Part shown: piece by piece, positions 54,353-64,000 of the stretch
How the letters are laid out: each line of letters opens with the position of its first letter
Position numbering within the stretch: the first letter of the stretch is position 1
Assembly: GCF_000315625.1 (NCBI RefSeq)
Contig: NW_005434637.1
Span: 319,985-383,984, forward strand
Origin: Guillardia theta CCMP2712
Lineage: Eukaryota; Protista; Cryptophyta
Reading direction: 5' to 3'
Length of the DNA: 64,000 nucleotides
Translations under genes and position numbers: made by a program
Notes under the pieces: generated by a model
What the model was told of the DNA's origin: nothing
The model's input: the letters and a program-made list of their open reading frames with translations, nothing else
The model's database searches: none

Positions 54353-55320
54353 TTATAGATGCCTCCTACCGTTGTGCTCTTTTACAGCAGACTGATGATA
54401 GCCCTCAGTAAGGACGAGGGGACTGAGCAGCAGGAGCCCCCTCCTTTTCCTCTCCCTCTTCTTCTCCTCCTCCGCTTCCTCTCCTCCTTCCCCTTTTGCC
54501 TCCTCTGTCGTTCCGCTGCCAACTTTTTCATTCTTCCTTGTCCTGTCCTCCTCCTTCCTCCGCTCCACTTCTGTACTGGGTCTGTCAACCCACATAGGAG
54601 GAGCGACCGTAATGAAACTTGGGTTCGCTTCGCCGAAAGACGCATCAAGCTCCTCCTGTACGACCTCGCCCTCCTCCTCCTCCTCCGCTCCCTCCTCCTC
54701 CTCGACTTTCTGATCCACCCGTGTATCTTCGGGGCGAGGCTTCACTTCCTCCGCCGATTCTTGTCCAGTCTCAGTCTTCTGCTTCTTGTCCTCACAATCG
54801 CTCCTCACACGAGGAGGAGGAGGAGGAGGAGGAGGAGATGCTGCGGGTGCAGTAGAGGTAGCAGCCCTCACAGAGGGATATGCCGCAGCAGCAGCAGCAG
54901 CAGCAGCGGGAGGAGGAAGCAACGCCGAGCAGAGCTTGTTGAGCTGATCCTCCACATTTGATAACTTTTGGTCGTGCTGGAATGAACAAGGTCGTCAAGA
55001 GAAATGAACAACGTCCGGAGCAGCGGAAGCGGAAAAGAAATACGAGGAGCAGATAGAGGTGTCAAGTGAACAAGTAACAGAAGAGACAGAGGAAGAGGAG
55101 GAGGAGGAGGAGGAGGAGAGGTGGTGGTGGTGGTGGTGGAGGAGGAGGAGGAGGAGGAGGAGTAACAGCAGTATCCTACCGCGGCGAAGTTTGTCTCAAT
55201 CTTGGAGCTGAGTGTTTTGCTCTGCTCCATTACCATCTTTCCCAGCATCTCGACTTGAAGCTCCATGAGTTTCAGATGAAGCGTGATGGCGCGAAACCTG
55301 CGGAGAGTGAGCTTGGACCG

Positions 55321-55412
<92 letters not shown>

Positions 55413-58098
55413 AAGACAACGTACTCCATCGTGTCAGTCTCCATCATCGCATCGTTCAGCAAGAGTCCAGCAAACCTCCTCAGCTCCTTCCTCATGATGT
55501 CCTGCGATACCGTTGAGACTCTCCCAGCTCTCCTGCACTTCACTCCTCCCTCTCGCCTCCCCCCCCACCTGGAACAGAGCAGAGTCGAAGCTTCCTGTCA
55601 AAACGTCTCAGCAGGGCAGCAGCAACGGCAGGACGTCCCTCACCCTCCTCGTTGCAGAGCTTCCCTCGCTTCGTCATCCTGCATGAGGATCAGGTGGGGG
55701 CCATGAGATGTCAAAACTCGACATGTCAAAGTCATCCTGGCTGATGTAGATCTGCTCCGACAACGTCGGCAGCTGCTTCAGCGCCATCTGCAGCTCCAGG
55801 AAGTCCAGGTGACCCGAGCCGTCCAGGTCGAGCCTGTCGCAGGATAAGAGGAAGAGGACGAGAAGAAAGAAAGCAGAAGCGTTGGGAGCAGGGGAAGGAG
55901 GATAGAAAGGGGAAAGGATGATACAGAATGGAAGCAGCAGCAGCAGAAGCAGCAGCAATGCGATGTAGAGGAGGAAGGATGAGGATGGGAGAGAGAAGGG
56001 GAAGAGGAGGAAGGAGGGGAAGGGCAGGAAGGAAGGTGGGCCCACCTCTTGAAGAGGGTGTCAATCTTTTCCTCCAGGTCCTCCTCGTCCTGGAACCTCG
56101 CCAGGTAACCCGTGAGGGGGTCAAGGGGACCCTTGGTCCGATGCCTGTTCCTCTCCGCGTCCTTGACCCTGTTCTGCCGCTCCTTCTCCTCTGTGACTGA
56201 CGTTATGAACTCGTCCAGAAGCACCTGCCCGCTGCTCTCAGCTGCCCGGCACGGACAAGGTACCGCATTCTCCTCCTTACCGCCACCACGATGTTGATCA
56301 GCACGACCCCAGCAAGGAGGACGTAGCTGACGAAGAAGAAGGCGACGCCGAGGTCAACCTTTCCCTCTTCCGACACGAACAGCGTCCTTGCAACGGAAGA
56401 AGCCCAGCTATCGCCGGTGACGACTTGGAACAGCGTGAACAAGCTTGCTGAGAGAGAACAAGTCAAACTCATCCTCTGCCTCGTCCTCCTCCTTGACCCC
56501 GTCCCCTATCCTCCACCTCCTTGACTCCCGTTCTGCCGTCTTGCTCTTCTTCCCTGACCTCCACCTCCTCCCCTATGAATCCTTGAGACCCGTCTCCTCT
56601 CCTCCTCATCCTTGACCTGACCCTCATTTCCTCCTTCCCACTCCTCAACCTCTGTGCATACATGAGAACTGAGCGAAGAACTTGGACCGCTCGCAGTACA
56701 AGTGCGTGCCGAACGAGGCATAAACGCAAGTCACGATGAGGAGAACGACGAAGCTGTTTGCAACGGGATACAAGGATGCGGTAAGAGCACGTAGGATCCT
56801 GTGGAAACAGCGTGAGAGTCAGCTGTGGGGAGGTGAAAGTGGGGAGGAGGAGTAGGAGGGAGTGGAAGAGCAAGAGATGGGTAGTACGGGTACAAGAGCG
56901 GGTACAAGGTAGAGCGATTGGGGAGGGCATTGGGATGAAGGCATGGATATGCCGTACCGATTCAGAGACTGCAGACGTCGGAATAGCCTCACCACCTGCC
57001 CTCACAACTTCAACAACTCCTTCAGAGATCAAAAGATCGTGCACAACCCGAAAAATTCGAATCGTTCTGAGAAGCTGCAGCCCAGGCAGACCAGACAAGC
57101 TGACGGAGAGGACTGAGATGGAGACAACGACCAGGTCCAACAAGCTGTAGGGGTCCGTATAGAATGCTTTGAAGTAGTTGGCAGACTTTGCAAACAAGTT
57201 CAGCGCAAGTTCCTTCACAAACGTTAGAGGACAAACACATGTCGCGAGCTCCGAAGTTACCGCACAGAAGATGGTCGTGAAAGTGATCTCAGCCGTTCTG
57301 AAGACTCCACCAACAGGAGAGTTGCTGTCAGGAAGCAGCTCGGACTCGATTAGGTCGAATACAAAGCTGCACAAGATCAGGATTGCGATGATTGTCTGCA
57401 CGACGGTGGACTCATAGATATGGAGAGTGCTGCCCCTCATCTTCATCAGCAGCGTTTGCTTCGACAGCCTGCTCCTTTTGTACTTCTGTCGCGCAGCCGC
57501 CATGGTCTTGTACAGATGATCCAACCACAAGCACAGCTCATCCTCATCCTGAGCCCTGTACGTGTACGTCCTCCCACTGTTGAACCCTCCCTCCTGGGTC
57601 GCGATCTTGAACTCCTTCGATTGGTTCGGCAACAGACCGTACACACTGCTTTCCTTCCGGCTCATCGTTATCCTCTTTGGGTTTGAGTGGTTCGAAGAGT
57701 TCTGCGCTGCCGACTCCTCTTCGATGATCGCAATTATCTCGTGCAGCGGGATCTGGTCGACCACGTTGTTCATATCGTCATCGATCCTTGCAAAGAGCAG
57801 GTGGGTCGAGGTCAGCACGGCTCTTCGCTGCTGCCATGTGATGGAGGACCTAGTTCAACAAGACGCCAGTCAACTGTCAGGGAGAGGAGGAGCGTCAAGA
57901 ATCAACGCACCCTACGATCTTCTTCTCCAGGATGCCAGAGAAGATGCAGGAGTGCTCCGACGGCATTCTGGCAGGGAGGTGAGAGGAGAGGAGTGAGGCG
58001 AGCACAGGAAGCAACCTCTGATCTTGAAGCTCATCCCGAAACCGAAGGTCAGGTGAACGAATCTTCTTCTTATGCGCCACGACGATCGCTGCAGCCAT
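54353..58098 (-). CDS. One-domain (6TM) voltage-gated Na+/Ca2+-type channel with N-terminal PH domain and C-terminal EF-hand (EukCat-like); multi-exon
   Basis: PH: GILEKK..WQQRRAVLTSTHLLFAR..DQIPLHEI..RTYTYRA..WLDHL. S4: LLRTIRIFR|VVRLFRRL. Pore: SLFTLFQVVTGDSWAS. S6: FFFVSYVLLAGVVLINIVVA|VLLDEF. EF-hand DLDGSGHLDFLEL. Confidence 0.9.
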
Positions 58099-58629
58099 GA
58101 CGCTCACAGTAGTTGCCCCTTAGCTTCTACCTAGTCTTCCACGCCCTTGCAGCGGCAAAGAATGCTGAGCCCCCGGGCAAGTGATATGCGCGCCCTTGCT
58201 TTCCCTCTTCCCCCAGTCTCCCTTCCTCTGACTCCCCCTGTTGGACTCTTGCTAGTCAATACTGAGACCCGGCCCTCCCCCAGGCGCCGTTGATCGAGAG
58301 TCTCTACCTCTGCTAGCCCTGATGTCGTTGGAGAGCAGGCTCTCACTCTCTCCTCGCTCCTCAGCCACTTCAGGCTGCTCTGTGCCCTCGGGACTGACTA
58401 GCTCGCTGCATGAAGTTGGTTGCCCATCTGACCGGGGGATTTTCAGTAAAACTGTCATTGTGTCAAAACCACTCTACACGCTACCCCACCCCCATTGCTC
58501 CCAGGTCAATCAACGAGAAAGGACCCCCTGTTTTCACTACCCCCACCCTCCGAGACCTTTTAATCCCCCAAGTTTTAATATCCCCCGGCATGAATGAACC
58601 CTTCGATTTTCTATCGGGGCTAGGAGAAT

Positions 58630-59075
58630 GAGGGCGATGAACTTCACTGACTCGGAGTCCGAACCGTAACGGCGTACGGTCACCAAGCACGGCGCCGGTC
58701 CGAGCCCGGCTCGCCGCCTGGGACCGTGCCAGTCGGACAGGGCCGCGGGCCCCGCGGGCTCGGCTCGGACTGGCACCGTCGGCCCACACTTCAAGCCTGT
58801 GACTCTCATCGGATCACCACTCACTGAGTCAGCGTGGCACTGGCCAGTGCGGCCGTACCGTGACGGTGGCACTAATGATGGTGCGGAGGAACCAGCAGTC
58901 AGTGGTCCTGCGCGCCGTAGCCTAAGTGATGATCTACTGTCCTGATTGTCCACGTACTGATTTTTAACTTAACTTTGAGTAAAAGACTCAAAGTACTCAC
59001 TGAGTCAGCACTGGGCCGCCCGGCCGGCCCCCGGGCGGCCCGTTCAACGGTTTGACTCCGAGTCCGGTCCTCTAG
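58630..59075. repeat. GC-rich palindrome-mosaic island (copy C), preceded by an ACCC-rich tract 58430-58600
   Basis: gactcggagtc, cactggccagtg, ctcactgagtcagc (twice), ccgtaccgtgacgg, gggccgcccggccggccccgggcggccc, gactccgagtc. Confidence 0.65.
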
Positions 59076-59485
59076 GAAGTACTAGTAAGGGATAAGACCG
59101 GAGGTCATATCGGGGACCAAAGGGGGCGTAGATAGTGACCTAGGCAATCCTAAGGGGCAGGTGCTTGTAGCGATGCAGTAGTCATCATATGAACCAGGGT
59201 CCTAGGAAGAAAGGTTCTAGAATTGTCAGCTGGTACTGAGTTTTCTACAAGCAGGTTGTAAGGGGACATGATGCTCGTACTAGATTGTAGAAAATCAAAA
59301 ACTGTATTAAGTAATTTATTGAAGAGAATATTGCCTCGAAGTAATCAAACAACAATTTAATTGTAACTTCCAGTATAAAATTCTCGGAATCATGGTACAG
59401 ATATAAACTGTATACTTTCATACTAAGTTGTACCAGTGACAAATTTTAAAAAGGCGTCGGCTCAAGGACTCCAGTGGCCGCGGTA

Positions 59486-60867
59486 ATGGCGAACACAACG
59501 AAGCTCGTGCTGCTCGTGGCAGGGTGGTACATTGGTAACACCCTCTACAACATCTACAACAAGAAGGCTTGCAACAACATCCATGCTCACTGGTCTGTTG
59601 CCTTCGCACAGCTTGTGGTGAGTAAACAGCCCCGGTGTTCTGATTTCCTAAGCATCATATCTACCCATGCTTGCGTATTGAAAGTCGTGGATGACTGTCA
59701 TGTTGTGACCCGATGTTTGGGATCTGGGTTGCACATATACGATAACTTTGCTTGTGATTTGGGGGATGAGGGTGGTGACACGTTTCATGTTTCACCACAT
59801 ATGGGTCGTCTTGTCGTGGTTCGAGTCATGCATGTTGACGGGATCTGGTGCAGGTGGGTGTGATCTGGTGTGCTATGTTGTGGATTCCAGGAATCAGAAA
59901 GGCTCCCAACCTGACTGCGGGTGACTGGTTGTCTCTCGCTCCTATTGGACTCTTTGCCGCCGCTGCACATGGCGGATCCGTTCTTGCTATGGGTGCTGGC
60001 GCCGTCAGCTTTGCCCAGATTGTCAAGGCCTGCGAGCCTGTTTTTGCTGCCTTGATTGGCATTGTTGTTCCTCCCATTGAGACCAAGCCCGCCTTGGCTT
60101 ACATGATGCTCCTCGTCATCGTCGGCGGTGTCGGACTTGCCTGCGTGAAGGAAGGAAAGGGTGTGGAGATCAACGTGTTTGCCTTCGGTTGGGCTTCCTT
60201 CGCCAACTTGGCTGCTGCCTTGAAGGGCAAGCTCGGAAAGGATCAGACGCACAAGCTCAAGGCCGACAAGTCCAAGAACATGGATGCTGCCAACACCTAC
60301 GCTGTCATGAACATCCTCTCGGCGCTCTGGACCTTCATTGCCGTTGCTTCCACGGAGCTCTCCACCATCCAGGACACCTGGAACCACGCTGTGGCTGACG
60401 GTGCTGCTGCATGCAAGAAGGACATGAATGGCAAGGGATGCTTTGGAGGTGAGTGATGCAGCAGATCGTTTGTAACGAACAAGCATGTCGATCTGATGAC
60501 ATTTCTCAGCTTCGGACATCATCCTCAACATCACCCTCTCCGGCGTCTTCTTCTATCTCTACAACGAGCTTGCCTTTGCTTTCACTGCTGAGGTACCATC
60601 AACGAGGATCTAGAGGTTGGATCTAACCGGTCCATCAGGTTGGAGCCGTCACCAGCTCGGTGTTGAACACTCTCAAGCGTGTCATCATCATCGTTGTCAC
60701 TGCTATCATCTTTGGAGAGGTTGGACTCATGTTTTATCAGAGTTTCCTAGTGTTTACTTTCAATGCAGGCTATGGACCGCAACGCCATGATCGGATCTGC
60801 CGTTGCCATTGCTGGCACCATGTTCTACTCCCTTGCGGAGTCCGCAGGAAAGCAGAAGAAGCATTAA
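59486..60867 (+). CDS. TPT: Triose-phosphate/phosphate translocator family protein (5 exons), no N-terminal leader
   Basis: WYIGNTLYNIYNKK; GAVSFAQIVKACEPVFAA; FYLYNELAF; VTSSVLNTLKRVIIIV..IFGE. Confidence 0.93.
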
Positions 60868-61139
60868 ACTACTTTTCTCTTGAATACATTTAAATCAAGG
60901 TGATTGCATGTCTCTGCTTCTCGCAAGGGACAACTTCTCACTTGGTTCACGGGTGGTTTCTGACTTGCAATTATCCTATCACTGCGGTTGCAACCAGAAG
61001 GATTCTGCATTATCTGAATCAAGGAACTCCATCTTGCGACGATTCTATCATGCTCGAACGGCCAAGTTGTGTTGCAAGAGCATCAGTGAAAAAGGGGCCG
61101 GAGCGGAAGAGAGTTGCAGGGGAAGCTTGCTGAAACAAC

Positions 61140-61525
61140 TCAAGGGGTACTCGTGTTGGCCTCTGCGAATTCTTCAGAAACGCTCTCTTCCATCTGCGAA
61201 CATCATTCAGCCCTCAGTCACGATCTAAGCTGAGGGGGAGCAGACCTCAGGATCTTCCTCGACTTGCTCGATTAGAACATTACCCATGGGTTGCCCTTTC
61301 GAGTTCACTTGCTTCAAGGCGGAGATCTTCTTGTCCCAGTTGTTCTCTTCCAATGCCAGAATGGTTTCCTAGGAGGGAGTGTGAGTGATTCACCACATGA
61401 CTATCCCTTCATCATGCATTCTTGTGCCTCACCTCGTCCTCCTCTGGTCGGTAAGACCAAGGGTCGTCATGTACCCTTGGGAGAAGGGATGGGATCCAAA
61501 AACTCGGACCCAGGGTTGTCCCCAT
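61140..61525 (-). CDS. APC15 (anaphase-promoting complex subunit 15)-like small protein (3 exons)
   Basis: MGTTLGPSFWIPSLLPRVHDDPWSYRPEEDE|ETILALEENNWDKKISALKQVNSKGQPMG..|MEESVSEEF..*. Resembles ANAPC15 'FPSL.PRV...W...EE..L...E...I....P.G' plus acidic tail. Confidence 0.6.
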
Positions 61526-61984
61526 CGGAGATGGCCCTGGAACAAGCGACGTATGAGTGGAACAAACTCTCTCAATCCATAACAAGATAATGGGAAACAT
61601 CATAAGACTTCCTTTGCTCTGGATTTCTGACCTGTCACACCGTCCTCCTGCACTGCCACATCCTACCTGGCTTTCCCACCTTGGATCCTTGTCCTCTCCG
61701 TGTCCATCCTCAGCAGAAAGCTTCTACTTGTCTCTTTCATCACTCTCATCCTCATCCTCATCCTCCTCTAATCGCTCTCCCTCCCCCCCCCCCCCCCGCT
61801 CCTCACTTCATCGTTTCTCCACTCTCACCAAAGCTCATTGCGCCAAAGTGACAACCCACCCTACCCTCTCACTTTCAAGGACACCCCACAAATGCCCAAC
61901 AAATTACCCACCATGGCATCCCTTTATGTACCCTACCCTCGATTTTCAACCGTCACTTTTCAAAACTTCACCCAGACAAGTTAG

Positions 61985-62435
61985 CGATCGCCGGACGTCC
62001 CGGCCGGACTCGACCGGCGGGCCGCTCAGCGGCTCGGCTCCCGGCGGCGAACGCACGGGACCGGCGTCGGACGTTGAACTACCGTACTGAGGCGGCCTGA
62101 CCAAGTTGTCACTCAGCAGTGAACATAACTGCCAAAGTTTACCCGATCACTGGACCCCTCCGGCCCGGTCCGATCACCGTCACGCCGTCATGCCCGGCAC
62201 GGTGACGGTGTGACCGTACGGTGCAGTGCCCGGCCGCGGCCGGCAGTGTGATCGGACGGCCCACTGCCAACTTGCCGCAGTGCAAGTTGCGGCCTGGCAC
62301 TACCGTCGGGTACCGTACGGTCGGGCGCCGGACTCCGACTCGCCGAGCCTCCGGGTCAGACGTCCGATCCGATCATCGGCCGATCGGATTGCCAAGTTGT
62401 GACTTTGTCAGCGGTGTACCGCACCGAGGCAGCCT
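61985..62435. repeat. GC-rich palindrome-mosaic island (copy D), preceded by an ACCC-rich tract 61850-61980
   Basis: ccggacgtcccggccgg, accgtacggt (twice), gcccggccgcggccggc, ccgatccgatcatcggccgatcgg, repeated ccaagttg/caacttg. Confidence 0.65.
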
Positions 62436-62639
62436 CACCGTTGTATATGTTGAGTAAAATTCTTGCTCTAAGGGACCGTTGCTCCATACACGCCTTTACG
62501 AAAAATCCGAGAGAGCGTGTGAGAGGAGGACGAGTGGAGGGAGAGCGATAGCGGTACAGGCAACGTCCCCAGAATCGAGAGCTAGAGAACCTCATCTGCA
62601 CCTTCATCGCATCTCCGGACAGACAACTTGCCTCCTATC

Positions 62640-64000
62640 ATGTCATACTCAGACGAGGAGGAAGCGGATTGTGTGGAGGTCGAGTGCGATATCAAGATGG
62701 AACAGACCGCGTCGAGAGCAGGAGCTGCATCAAAGGTTCGACGGAACACAAGGATGACCTTCATTCCAGAAGGTAGCGTCTCAGTGTTGAGGTAAACCGA
62801 CAGGTCATGCCTGACAACGTTTGCAGAAAAGTGCATCTTTTTCGATCTCGTCCCGAACCAGATCAGGTTGCCGCTAGCAAGCAAGGCAACGAGTGTTGTC
62901 ATTCACAGCAACTTTCTTTCTGAGGGCAAGATGTGCTTCCGAGATGTCAACAGAAACCTCTCTGTGAGTTGCCTGTTGCCTGCTGTCTTCTCCTCGGCTG
63001 TATGTGTGACAACCTCGCGCAGCTCTTCGTTAGCAACGCGGACCCCCAACAGCTCAAGTACCTGAAGCGAATGATACAGAGCGCCCTGAGCGGGCAAGCG
63101 CTCCCTCTAAGGCAGCAGATAAGTCCTCTACAAGACAGGAAGCGGCCATGCACGGCAGAGGAGGCGGCAAACAAGAGGGCAAGAGGAGCTCAGTCGGCCT
63201 CGGCGAGCTTGACTGAGGCACAACGGGCCGTCGTAGAGTCTGCCCTGCGAGGAGACAGCATCTTCGTGACTGGGGGAGCAGGAACAGGGAAATCCATGGT
63301 TGATGTCCATGGTGGGGAAGAGCTGACTTGCTGACGTCTTGATTCAGGTGCTGAGAGAGATTATCAAGCAGCTTCCTCCCGATACAACTTTCGTGACGGC
63401 GCCGACGGGAGTCGCAGCGTGTAATGTCAACGGGATGACCATCCATGAGTTCGCGGGGATCGGCAAAGGTAAAGAAGATGAAACATCGTGCAGAGTATGA
63501 CTCTCCTCTCTTCTCCTCCCTCCCTCCCTGCCTCCCTCTTTCCCCCTCGCTCTCTTCAGCTTTCTCGGACAGCAGTGTCAGTCTGGATCAGATCGTCGGG
63601 AAGCTCAGGAATGCAGTGGTTGGGAGACGCTGGAACCGGGCGCGGACGTTGATAATCGATGAGATCTCAATGCTGTCGGGAGATTCTTTCGACATTCTCA
63701 ATCAAGCGGCTCAGTTGTTTCGGAATGGTGAGAGATGACGTTTTGATGACGACGCGCACATGTTGACACGTTCACAGACTCGCGAGTGTTTGGAGGGCTG
63801 CAGATCATCGCATGCGGAGATTTCTTCCAGCTGCCTCCCGTGAGGTGAGGGAAGATGGGGAGGGGTCGAGGCCTGACCTCAGCACGCTGCGCAGCAAGAG
63901 CGGGAGGGATGAGAAGCTTTGCTTCGAGGCGTCCTGCTGGAAGAAGGCGATACGGAGATCGGTCAGTGCTGGCGTGTGGAGGCGTATGATTGAGGGCTGT
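62640..64000 (+). CDS. PIF1: PIF1 family 5'-3' DNA helicase (3' end beyond window)
   Basis: [13 protein letters not shown]; [24 protein letters not shown]; LIIDEISML; [18 protein letters not shown]. Confidence 0.95.

Overview
Gene-dense eukaryotic nuclear DNA. A cryptophyte alga (Guillardia/Hanusia-like) is my inference, from many ~45-65-nt GT-AG introns, introns swollen by purine/pyrimidine microsatellites, a signal-peptide+Phe plastid leader, a phosphate translocator and a one-domain voltage-gated channel. I reconstructed about 25 mostly multi-exon genes by hand-splicing. Most ORFs in the supplied track are artefacts of intronic simple repeats. Recognisable genes: a secreted GT23 (FUT8/NodZ-type) fucosyltransferase fused to an F-type-lectin-like domain and EGF; KLHDC4/Kel3 kelch fused in frame to a PhyH dioxygenase; a coiled-coil/EF-hand protein; an ARM-repeat protein; a VOC/glyoxalase; an RHL1 (topoisomerase VI accessory) homologue; mitoribosomal mL53; a plastid-targeted NAD(P)-binding protein; SPRY, calmodulin-like, BTB-BACK-WD40, collagen-like, discoidin-like and PDZ proteins; a PH + 6TM + EF-hand channel; a TPT; an APC15-like protein; and PIF1. 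The most novel-looking signals are non-coding. One is a gene-oriented upstream motif (CC)ACCGGTAC(A/T)TT. The other is a recurring promoter layout of purine tract, then GGGT/ACCC-rich tract, then a GC-rich island of short palindromes; one such island abuts a 90-bp Ty3/gypsy relic. No CRISPR, rRNA or tRNA was seen. Exon boundaries are manual and approximate.
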